Positions 36,931-48,523 of a stretch of DNA of 64,000 nucleotides are shown here, in pieces. Every line of letters starts with the position of its first letter. Positions within the stretch are counted from its first letter, which is position 1. The notes beneath the pieces were generated by a model. It was not told the origin of the DNA. It did no database searches and saw only the letters and a list, made by a program, of their open reading frames with translations. Both the position numbers and the translations under genes were made by a program. Origin of the DNA: Macrostomum lignano (taxonomy: Eukaryota); assembly GCA_002269645.1 (NCBI GenBank), contig NIVC01002565.1, forward strand, positions 1 to 64,000, given 5' to 3'.

Positions 36931-39900
36931 TAGTACTAATAATTTCAGTAGCGCTGTAGCCTGTAGGCAGCCCGTCGCAAAAAGTCCCACACGTGAGCAC
37001 ACGCAGGCACGCACTCACACACACGCTCACACAGGGTGTACAGCAGCCCTGACTTTCCAACCGTCAGGCATGTACACTCTCTGTACAGTCTCTGGCCCTC
37101 ATGGGTGCGAATCTCACGACAAACCCCAAATGAATGCGGCCGCGAGCGGAATCGAACCAGGGGTCGTGGCGCGAGAGTCAGACGCGTTCACCGCTGAGCT
37201 GCTCCGCCCCAAGGCAGACGCAATCCTAGGCTCACCTCCTTAAGGTAGCGAGGCGGCGTCCTGTTCACCACGGAGTGCACCGTGCGCATCAGCGAGGACC
37301 AGGCCTCCTCGTGGAAGATGATGACAACGCTCAGCGTGGGCAGGTCAGCAGGGTAGCTGATTGACCGGCACTCCATAGCCCGCATGTCGTTGAGGCTCCG
37401 GTCAAGGCTGATCCGATCGCTGCTGATGCGGTTGAAAGCCTCCTTGGCGAACATCGCGTCGTAGCCAAGGCGGTTCTGAATGTTTTGTTATATTTTTTTC
37501 AATTTAATTATACTGCGTAACAGATTGGTCTTTGAGCCTGGATTTATCTACGAGTAAATTTAATTGAACCAGCTCATATGGACTTTTGACTATGCTCACT
37601 TGACTCTTCACTATGCTCAGGCTAGAGCCGATTCACCTGACTCTCAAGCTAGAGCCAATTCATCTGACCCTGAATCCGATTCACCTGACCCTGAAGCCGA
37701 TTCACCTGACCCTGAAGCCGATTCACCGGACCCTGAAGCCGATTCACCTGACCCTGAAGCCGATTCACCTGACCCTGAATCCGATTCACCTGACCCTGAA
37801 TCCGATCCACCTGACCCTGAAGCCAATCCACCTGACCCTGAAGCCAATCCACCTGACCCTGAAGCCGATTCACCTGACCCTGAAGCCGATTCACCTGACA
37901 TTGAATCCGATTCACCTGACCCTGAATCCGATTCACCTGACCCTGAAGCCGATTCACCTGACCCTGAAGCCAATCCACCTGACCCTGAAGCCGATTCACC
38001 TGACCCTGAAGCCGATTCACCTGACCCTGAATCCGATCCACCTGACCCTGAAGCCAATCCACCTGACCCTGAAGCCAATCCACCTGACCCTGAATCCGAT
38101 TCACCTGACCCTGAATCCGATTCACCTGACCCTGAAGCCGATTCACCTGACCCTGAAGCCGATTCACCTGACATTGAAGCCGATTCACCTGACTCTCAAG
38201 CTAGAGCTGATTCATCTGACCCTGAAGCCGATCCATCTGACCCTGAATCCGATTCACCTGACCCTGAAGCCGATTCATCTGACATTGAAGCCGATTCACC
38301 TGACCCTGAAGCCGATTCACCTGACCCTGAAGCCGATTCACCTGACCCTGAAGCCGATTCATCTGACATTGAAGCCGATTCATCTGACATTGAAGCCGAT
38401 TCACCTGACCCTGAAGCCGATTCACCTGACCCTGAAGCCGATTCACCTGACCCTGAAGCCGATTCACCTGACCCTGAAGCCGATTCACCGGACCCTGAAG
38501 CCGATTCACCTGACCCTGAAGCCGATTCACCTGACCCTGAATCCGATTCACCTGACCCTGAATCCGATCCACCTGACCCTGAAGCCAATCCACCTGACCC
38601 TGAAGCCAATCCACCTGACCCTGAAGCCGATTCACCTGACCCTGAAGCCGATTCACCTGACATTGAATCCGATTCACCTGACCCTGAATCCGATTCACCT
38701 GACCCTGAAGCCGATTCACCTGACCCTGAAGCCGATTCACCTGACCCTGAAGCCGATTCACCTGACCCTGAAGCCGATTCACCTGACCCTGAATCCGATC
38801 CACCTGACCCTGAAGCCAATCCACCTGACCCTGAAGCCAATCCACCTGACCCTGAATCCGATTCACCTGACCCTGAATCCGATTCACCTGACCCTGAAGC
38901 CGATTCACCTGACCCTGAAGCCGATTCACCTGACATTGAAGCCGATTCACCTGACTCTCAAGCTAGAGCTGATTCATCTGACCCTGAAGCCGATCCATCT
39001 GACCCTGAATCCGATTCACCTGACTCTCAAGCTAGAGCTGATTCATCTGACCCTGAAGCCGATCCATCTGACCCTGAATCCGATTCACCTGACCCTGAAG
39101 CCGATTCATCTGACATTGAAGCCGATTCACCTGACCCTGAAGCCGATTCACCTGACCCTGAAGCCGATTCATCTGACATTGAAGCCGATTCACCTGACCC
39201 TGAAGCCGATCCACCTGACCCTGAAGCCAATCCACCTGACCCTGAAGCCGATTCACCTGACCCTGAAGCCGATTCATGACCCTGAAGCCGATTCACCTGA
39301 CCCTGAAGCCGATTCACCTGACCCTGAAGCCGATTCATCTGACATTGAAGCCGATTCATCTGACATTGAAGCCGATTCACCTGACCCTGAAGCCGATTCA
39401 CCTGACCCTGAATCCGATCCACCTGACCCTGAAGCCAATCCACCTGACCCTGAAGCCAATCCACCTGACCCTGAATCCGATTCACCTGACCCTGAATCCG
39501 ATTCACCTGACCCTGAAGCCGATTCACCTGACCCTGAAGCCGATTCACCTGACATTGAAGCCGATTCACCTGACTCTCAAGCTAGAGCTGATTCATCTGA
39601 CCCTGAAGCCGATCCATCTGACCCTGAATCCGATTCACCTGACCCTGAAGCCGATTCATCTGACATTGAAGCCGATTCACCTGACCCTGAAGCCGATTCA
39701 CCTGACCCTGAAGCCGATTCATCTGACATTGAAGCCGATTCACCTGACCCTGAAGCCGATCCACCTGACCCTGAAGCCAATCCACCTGACCCTGAAGCCG
39801 ATTCACCTGACCCTGAAGCCGATTCATGACCCTGAAGCCGATTCACCTGACCCTGAAGCCGATTCACCTGACCCTGAAGCCGATTCATCTGACATTGAAG

Positions 39901-40483
39901 CCGATTCATCTGACATTGAAGCCGATTCACCTGACCCTGAAGCCGATTCACCTGACCCTGAAGCCGATTCATCTGACATTGAATCCGATTCACCTGACCC
40001 TGAAGCCGATTCATCTGACATTGAATCCGATTCACCTGACCCTGAATCCGATTCACCTGACCCTGAAGCCGATCCACCTGACCCTGAAGCCAATCCACCT
40101 GACCCTGAAGCCGATTCACCTGACCCTGAAGCCGATTCACCTGCATGACAAGCCCCAAATCAATCCCTCACCTTCTCATCAGCCGTCAGGTAGACGCCGT
40201 GGCCCTGCTCGCCCGGTCCCTGGCGAAACGGCTCGGACTTCTGGTACTCGGTGAACCGGCGCAGCCGGGCCTGGTAAACATCCGGCGTCACGTCCAACTG
40301 TCGGCAGATCGAGTCCAACTCTGAGTCGCGACTGCGATCAGCGGTGTCGCCGCCGCGGCCGCCGCCACCGCCGCTGCCTGCATTCTGCCGCCGGCCCGAC
40401 AAGGTAACATAGACGTAGGCCAGACAAAGACAGGCGGACAGGGTGAGCAGCCAGGAGCGGCAGTTCCGACGGCACAGGCGCAT
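31377..40483 (-). CDS. galnt: Polypeptide N-acetylgalactosaminyltransferase (GT27 + ricin-B lectin), ~608 aa; five single-base deletions in this sequence
   Basis: Exons complement(40172-40483, 37236-37475, 35302-35670, 32770-33109, 31377-31937). N-terminal [57 protein letters not shown] (DxH), [42 protein letters not shown], lectin ending QVWEF. The frame needs +1 nt at five sites (1822+5=1827 nt). Confidence 0.9.
31950..32590. repeat. 14-bp minisatellite (GGGTCAGGGATGGT and variants), GALNT intron 4
   Basis: Direct inspection. Confidence 0.95.
33125..34165. repeat. 12-20-bp minisatellite (GACTAGCTGACAAACA), GALNT intron 3
   Basis: Direct inspection. Confidence 0.95.
34688..35282. repeat. 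15-16-bp minisatellite (AAACCCTAATCTTCAC), GALNT intron 3; reverse-strand relative of the 6.6/11 kb unit
   Basis: Reverse complement GTGAAGATTAGGGTTT versus GTGAAGATTAGGGTTG. Confidence 0.92.
35805..36930. repeat. (GACA)n-based complex microsatellite, GALNT intron 2
   Basis: Direct inspection. Confidence 0.97.
36985..37209 (-). mobile_element. tRNA-derived SINE family B, most complete copy
   Basis: Reverse strand gggcggagcagctcagcggtgaacgcgtctgactctcgcgccacgacccctggttcgattcc has an A-box-like and a B-box, followed by a body ending in a TG-rich tail; repeated at 5.4, 6.5, 10.9 and 57.2 kb. Confidence 0.8.
37620..40143. repeat. 21-bp minisatellite (CCTGACCCTGAAGCCGATTCA), ~120 copies with higher-order duplications, GALNT intron 1
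   Basis: Direct inspection; source of the 571-aa and 738-aa repetitive ORFs. Confidence 0.97.
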
Positions 40484-40959
40484 GGCTCAGTCACAGTCTG
40501 AGCTGATAAAATCTGAACAACTCGCTCGGGCGCCGCTTCTCAAATCAAAAACTCGGTGTTATTTAGCTGAGCCACGCTCTGAATGGAGTAGCAACGAGAT
40601 TTCGGCATAGTTAGACAGGCAGGCTGCGTGGCAACAGCTGCGGTCTGCACGGAGTGGACAAACTCCAATCGATCGAAATAATAATAATCCCAATTCTTCG
40701 ATCCCTACAATTCTACGATTTTCCTTCCCCGATCCCCCGTGACCCTAGGGTATTATTTCCCAGTGTGCGCAGGTGTGAGACTTTCAAGCATTGAAATCTG
40801 CTGCTCAATAGATTCAGAGAGCTCAATCATACTATACTACTAGCTAGTAAAACGCAACTGGCGATACATGCTGTAAAATATAAACCAAACATTGCCTGTG
40901 TATACTATTTTTAATTTGTCAGTTTGCTTTCTCATTGTGACAATATTAATGATAGCAAC

Positions 40960-41243
40960 TGCTTACACCTGCCCCAATCGGGCCAGATGTGCAACCGACA
41001 GCTCAGCCGCAGCTATTGCTATCTGAAGGCTGCGTACGGCTGTTCAGTCCAAGGACTGGGGGGTCGCCACACACACCCTCAATTACCCCAGCTAATGCTG
41101 GCACCCATTTTACAGCTGGGTGAACTGAAGTAGTGTAGAGTTAAATGTCTTGCTCAAGGACACAAATTGTTCCAAATGGATCAAGAATCGAACCCCCAAC
41201 CTTTCAGTTGTGAGTCTGATGCTCTGACCACTAGGCTACAACC
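40960..41243 (-). mobile_element. tRNA-derived SINE family A, full-length copy
   Basis: Reverse complement of 19043-19310 plus the segment cttcagttcacccagctgtaaaatgggt missing there. Confidence 0.85.
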
Positions 41244-44200
41244 CCCTCCTCATCCTCATCTTGACATGCATGCACATTAGGGAGGGGTTGGTGCTCATTC
41301 TTATGGATGAAAATTGTAGAAGCCCCAGTCTATGCATAAATCCCCCCAAATAAATATGGCCAAGTCATACATTACTTCCAGTTTTGGACTAGTTACATGT
41401 AGAATAAGCAGAGTAAGTAAACCCTTACTATATCATTTTTAGTGCAAAACTTTCAGTGATTATAAATTATTTATTTAGAAGGAAAAGTAACAAATAATAA
41501 ATAATGACTGTTATATTTCATAAATAAATGTTGTCAAGAAAAAATTGGTTGATTTAAATATTGCATACATATTAGCTACTTCCATTAACATTACTTTTTG
41601 ATAGAGCATTTGTAACATTAAGTTATAGTCTTAGTAACTTGACTAACACTAATTACAACAAAAGTTACTTAGCCCAAAGAATACTACTCCTAAGAAAAAT
41701 TACTGCAACTACATTATTCGAATATTTGATAGTTACTATTCATTATATTTTATAAGTGGTATTAATATGGATAAAAAATTATGCATTAATTCATTACTTT
41801 ATAAGCTTACTATAGGCAATATTAAAATAGTATGAAATGTTTTGTTAAATTGATTTTAAAAGCTTAGCAAATGTTTTTATAAAACAAGGTTTTTATGAAG
41901 ATTTAGTAAATAAATAAATTACGAGTATGAGGTGTATCCCAAAAGTACATACACTTCTAGTTTAGTATAAAACACAAACAAATGGTATTGGGTACTATCA
42001 ATAAAAATCTTAACTCCATTAATAGTAAAATTATTTATGTTTAGCATTTTGTGTTTTTAAGGTGTTTTGATAAAAAAATCTTTTTTTGCACTACTAAGAT
42101 TCGAACCCAGGTCACTACATTAGCATTCCAGTCTGTTTGCATCTAGGATATCTCTTTTCAATTGGAGAACATGAATTGTGGCCCTTATAATTCAATTCTT
42201 ACAGCAAGTCAATTGGAGGAAAAAGTTATGATATAATCAATTTCTCAGTCAGCCAGTATCAGTCTCAATTTAAGTTTGCAATATGGTTACGCAATTTTAA
42301 TCAAGTCTTGTGCACATTTCTTTGACACTGTTTTCAACTTGTTGTGATACAATCTTTATCAGAATCAGAATTCAGCCAGTCAGTTTTTCTCTAGCATTCT
42401 TACAATGCATTTTAAGTCGAAAGAGCTGCTTGACCTTTGCAAAAAAGCATGTTTTTTTATCTAAATATACTAAATCTCTAATATTTGTATGCTTGCTTGT
42501 CCATAATCCAATATACTAAAAATGAGTTGTCTGTATGCATATACAGTTGTCTGTATGGGTATGCGATTGATTTCAGAAAAATTGGCTCAACCAATTTTCT
42601 TCTAACTTGCACCATTCGATCAGAAATTTTCCTGGGACGGTACATGTATCTTGGCTAAGAAATTGCTCAATGTTAAAGGGATTAAATATTTAAGATAAAA
42701 AAATCTTAACTAATTAACTTTTAATTTTATAATTTCAACCTTAATTTTAACCCTATTGCTGTATTAGATAGAGACTAGAAAAAAATCAAAATGGGCACAA
42801 AGCAAATTTTAACTAAAATATAAAGCCACCTTTCTATCTCTTATTGGGTCTTTACCTTCCAAAATCTATCTCTTAACAAATTTTTACTTAAATGCCATAC
42901 TCTGGATCATGTAGTATATACCTAATAATTTGGGTATGCATTGGCTTTGAATGCCAAAAGTGCACAGTTGGCATGCATTACTTCTAAGAAAATAATGTGC
43001 ATGCACTTTATAGAATCAAATGGAAGAGTTAATATTAAGTGGGAAAAATGAAAAGTTCATTTTAAGCATAAATTTTAAGCCTTCTGGTTTTAAAGCTTGT
43101 GAGATAAGGCATTTGAACAAATGTTTGTTTGTATCAATTTTCTGCTATAAATAATATTGACAAGAAAGATAAATAGTCAACCAAAATGTTAGCCAAAAAT
43201 GGTCCTTTACTTTAGGCACTCAATTTTTTGGCATATATTTGTAAGTATTCAATTTTTTTTCAGGCATGCACCTAGGCCTAGCATGATCCAGACTATTGCA
43301 CATGTGTCTTTATAATAGTATAATTATTAATTTAGGTTAGAGCCTAAAATAGAAAAAGCACAAAAATATCAATATCAGCTATTACTAAACATTTTTTCTA
43401 GTTTTTGTGTTTATTGTTCCATATAATTTCAATCTGTCATTTTAATATTTATTAACAAATTAAACTTTTACTATTAAACCATATAAATAGTTAACACTAA
43501 TGACTTCATATTATATTATTTTTCACAACCACATTAAAATAATTTATCACAGTAAACTTGTAAAGTAGAAGAAAAGAAGATTGCCTTCATTGTAGTTCCT
43601 TTTTGTAACAAATAAGGTGGTGTCATATTATTTGGCAATATTGGCATGGTTAGGCCTAATCATGGTAGAATTGCGGGTTGAATTTCATTGCAATTAAGTG
43701 AAATAACTTGTATTTAAAAAAATATGGTTGCTATACTAGACTACAATTTATAGACTTTGTTTGCAATTGTAATTATTCTTGAAAAATTGAAACTGGGCGC
43801 ATAAAAAAATATAAAGTTACTAGGCATAGGTTTTATAAAAAAATTAACTCAACAATAAGACAAATATGCTTGGCAAACTCTCAAAGAAACATATGAATAA
43901 GCCTCAAGCCTCAGGGCAAGAAAGGTGAAAACGGTTGTTCGAATCTGTCAAGGAGCGGTAAGTTTTTTTGCGTTACGAAATCAATTTATGAAATCAATAA
44001 AAAACAATTACTTGATTATTAACGGCTAAAATGAATGGAAAAAGAAAATTGATATCAATTCGATAATTAATCTCAGCATTCTTTCACAAAAGCTGGCTAG
44101 TTTAAAAAGAGGCTGATTTAAGCTACAATACACAATCGGATGAAAATGGTCAAGCAGAAAGCAGAAATTTGTTGAGAGGTGGATTTTGGAGGGTTAAGAC

Positions 44201-45734
44201 CTAAGAATGGATAGAAGGGTGGCTCTATATTTTGATAAAGATTGTAGAGATTCTCTAAAGATATACGGCTAACAAAAATCTATTTGTAGCAAGTAGTTTT
44301 ACGGCAATATGCAGGCTTAAAAAGAAAATTTTTCTTTTAAACAACATTTACATGTACAAAAGTGGGTTCTGTATTAGCATTTACATGTAGCCTGTAATCA
44401 TTGTAAAAAATTATAAATTTTTATATAGAAATGCTGCTCTGTACAAACATACATGAGTTGTCAGCAAATCATATATGATTAGGTCAAACATAATAATAAA
44501 GTTTATATGCATGCAGAAACTGTGTGTAGCGTATAAGAACAGCTACACAGGATCTGCATGTAAGCGGTTATGAATGGGAATCACTTATAGTTCATATTAA
44601 TTACATGAAGCTCGAATAGTATACATGTAACTGCTACATTACACCCAATGGTCATGACCATAAATGAGGGTCTAATTATAATTTTACTGCGAATTCCTAA
44701 GCTTCAAATGCAACAATTGAGTGCTCGATCAAATTCAGTTTTACAGAATTTACGTATACATCATATATACGTGCATTTCGACTAATCTGCGGAAATTCTG
44801 GTCGAACATCTATCTATTCCTATTTCCGTTTGCACTGGCAGCTGCTGCTTTGCACCAGCGCAGCGAAACATGCATCGTTTAAAATGCATCTGCAAGCATC
44901 TCAACAGAGATTGAAAGCTTAGCTCTTCGCTATACGTGTAATTAGTTTCCGTGCAGAACCGCATTGAGGACAAGGCGCTCTAATTCGCGCTATAATTTTA
45001 ACCCGGACTATACAGGAACAGCTAGGGCAGGGGAAATTCTCTTGTACTCTCGCATGCGAAGGCTCAAATTAAGATAAAAGCAGTGCAGCTGCCTGCCCGA
45101 TTCGCAGACGCGGGCGGGAATTTGAAGCGAGAAATCGATCCCGCTGCAGTTCTCTCTTATTGCTTGCAGCTTGAAAGAAAATTGTATATGCACACGATGA
45201 CGCGACGGACAGCTAGTGAGCTAGGGAATTTTGCAGCAGGAGCATTGTTTAGACGCTTTTGAAGAATGTTAATTAACTGAGGGAAGCCAGGCTTTAGGTG
45301 GGGAGGAGTTTCTCACGTGAATCTCGGCCTAGCAAAGATCTCACCTACATGTAATAAATTAGGTTCAAAAACGTGTTCTAAAACTGACTGACGGGGATTA
45401 ATAATTGCCAGGCTGCAACGACTAGAAGGCGCTTGTGCATCCCGCTCGTTTTCTCGGCGTTCTAAACTATAATATACAGGAAGCTCAAAAGCTCAGTCTG
45501 CACTGATGCAGTGAAAGCAGATTGTTTCTAATAGCTCCCTAGCGTTCCTCCAGCTTTTGTTCAACAGACATACTGTACAGATGATACTTCTAGGGTGTCA
45601 TTTCCTATTGTGGCTGAAGCTCGCATTGTATTATGATGCGCTCGAAGGGTTTAGATTTAGGGTTACTAGACCAGGGTTAGGGTTTTAGGGTATATAGTGT
45701 GACTGTCGATCCGTATTTTTAAAGGGTTGGGTGT

Positions 45735-45985
45735 TGAATGGGTGTCCGGTCCACAGAATTGGATAGGGATAGGTGTCCGGTCCATAGAATTAGATAGGGA
45801 TAGGTGTCCGGTCCACAGAATTGGATAGGGATAGGTGTCCGGTCCATAGAATTAGATAGGGATAGGTGTCCGGTCCACAGAATTGGATAGGGGATGGATG
45901 TCCGCGGTCCACAGAATTGGGTAGGGATAGTTGTCCGGTCCACAGAATTGGATAGGGATGGGTATTCGATCCACAAAAGGACTGG
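45735..45985. repeat. 31-bp tandem repeat (GGTCCACAGAATTGGATAGGGATAGGTGTCC), ~7 copies, preceded by TTAGGG-like motifs
   Basis: Direct inspection; gggttagggttttaggg at ~45675. Confidence 0.88.
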
Positions 45986-46735
45986 GATGGGTTTTAGTCC
46001 ACAAATTGATATTGGTGGGTATCAGAAAAGAATGGAATTTGTATATCAGTTTGACCCTTACATATAGCCACTCAGACCAAGCGGCACCCACGGTATAACT
46101 CAGTCACTTATATACGGCACGCAATATGAAGGTTTGAGTCCAGGATATAAATACCATTTGCGTATGCGCTTTTTACATATTGAGCGAAATCGAACGAACT
46201 CAGAAAGCAGATCCTTTTTGAGAGGTCTTGGGTCATGCAGAATATAAAAGGCAATAATGGAAATAAGCAAAAAAGTAAGAGTTGTATATAGAGCACTCAC
46301 GCCCCTAAAGGGAGTCACGCCCCGTTGAATACTAAAACACATATATTTATTTATTTAGTGTAGACCAGACGGGATAAATTGCTTCTCAATATAGCTCGTA
46401 AAAAAACAATGCAAGCTGTTCAAAAGCCTTGGTAGTTTAAATTTACTCTTAATATAGCATTGCCAAATATAAGGCAGTACTATCCATTTATCCAAAGGTT
46501 TACATCTGCACCGACTTTTTCCATCTTCATGCAGGCTCACTTCTACAAACGCCGTTTACCCTACCCTGAGTTGCTTTCACGTTTCAAATCCAGCATAGTG
46601 CATTGCCTATGGAGAACTTGTCGTTCACTATCAGAACTTTTTGGTGTGACAAGTAAAAAAGTAAAAGAGGCTGCATAAAAATCGTGATTGTGTTACATGT
46701 AGTTTTTGGTTAGTGAAACTGCATGCTCAGAAAAG

Positions 46736-47530
46736 TGGGGAAATCTGTAATTTGGGGGAATGTGTAATTTGAGAAACGTGAAACTTGGGGAATGAGTAAT
46801 TTCAGGAATGTGCAATTGGGGAATGTGTATTTTCGTGAATGTGTATTTTCGGGAATGTGTAATTTCAGGAATGTGTTGTGAACCCCGTCCTCCGGAGCAA
46901 CGCCTACAGCTTTAACCTGTCGGGAAGCTGCGACCCCCAGGTCCCCAGTCAGAGCTCCCGTCCCGCGCCCTAGGGAGAAGCAGAAAAAGGACAGTAACTC
47001 GCGAACACGAACTTACACACCGTAGCCGATGCAGTTCGCCGTGCACTTTTTATGGTAGATCGACGAGTCGTTAATAGCCAACGGAGGCGGACCAACGCGC
47101 GCAAGGGAGGAGTCTGCCCTCCAGACAGCGACTATATATTTTTCATTGGTCCTACGCGTACATGAATATACCTTAAGAACAAATGTACGGTACAGCAGGG
47201 GAGGTGGGGCGGGGTGGCGTGATCGGCGTACGCATTGATTATTGATTGGAGGGGTGGGGCAGACTGGAGGGTTGGGGCGCGGCAGGAGGGCGAGAAAGGG
47301 CACGATTGCACAACAAATGTGTAATGGGGGAGTGCAATGTGGTGAATGTGTCATTTGGGGAATGTGTCATTTGGGGAATGTGTCATTTGGGGAATGTGTC
47401 ATTTGGGGAATGTGTCATTTGGGGAATGTGTCATTTTGGGAATGTGTCATTTGGGGAATGTGAAATTGGGGGAACGTGAAATTTGGAGAATACGTACGAG
47501 GTAATTTGGGCAATGTGTAATTTGGGATTG
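46736..47530. repeat. Degenerate 16-bp GGGGAATGTGTCATTT minisatellite interrupted by a solo LTR
   Basis: Array halves at 46736-46873 and 47316-47530. Confidence 0.85.
46874..47315. mobile_element. Solo LTR (442 bp), Ty3/gypsy-type by TSD length
   Basis: Termini TGTTGTG...CACAACA (TG..CA, 7-bp inverted), flanked by a 4-bp direct repeat AATG (46870-46873 and 47316-47319). Confidence 0.8.
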
Positions 47531-48523
47531 TGACGTCGGGTGTCATTGTGGAACATGAGACGCCCTTCTATTAGGCGCTTGTTAATTAGAGTAAAGCACC
47601 CCTTGGAAGTTTAACCCCTCGGATTAGCTACTGAATGAATCGATCCGGGTCCTCTGGCACAGGAGTACGATGCAATACCGCATGGGAAGGCGGAGCTGCT
47701 CATCCAGAGTAGCAACTATTCTTAGTTTGGATGACGCGCAGACGGTTTTTGATTTGAGGAATTTTTGTTCCCTCGCTATACGGTTCGATTTGTGTCGAAG
47801 CCGGGGAGTTTCCCATTTCATTAGAAGAAAGGGGATTCCGGAGCACAAAATAAACGATGCTGCCGTTATTCGTTTCAGATTTTCAAGCGTACGCACAAAA
47901 ATATCCAACATTTTCGTCATTATTTCCTATCCAAGCAAGCACGCAACACTCGGTAAGTAAAACAGCCACATGCGACTTTCAATATCTATCGATTGTTTGA
48001 GCAGCTTGTTAGTGAAATTTTCTACTAGGTGGCAAGCCAGAGACGCATGTGTAAAAAATGTTGACTTCTGTTTCATATTTTCACACGAGGGACGCTCTGA
48101 GGGATTATGCAGTGCAATACTGCTAAACTAGCCGTCTGATTGAAGCTTTCTTCAATTAGAAGCATCTTCTTTATACCTGAGTTTTTAACTGCACAAGCCA
48201 ATGTCGCTTTTCCGCTCCTTGAATGCAAGAATGAGAAATTCCCACGGTTTTCCTCAGTTTTAGTGCAAGCTCATAAGCGGCCAGCCATTGATCGACAGCT
48301 CAGCCAATGGAATTTGAGCCCAAGGAAGAATATTTTAAGCCGCGAAAGCAGCAATAGGAAGGAAGCGCAGACGGAGCAACGACGGATAGCGAGCAGTCAG
48401 ATTGGAGTCTCGCCTGCTTCTTGCAAAATTTCGACACAAAAATTGACGAGATTATGCCTCACTAATTGACGCCAGCAGCCCTCAGTACCGCCTGCCACTG
48501 TGCGCCAGCTCCGATCAAGAATT

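Noticed and set aside
37564-40148. 571-aa, 738-aa and other long plus-strand ORFs (PDPEADS / LKPIHLT)
   Set aside because: By-products of a stop-free 21-bp repeat, antisense within a GALNT intron, with non-ATG starts.
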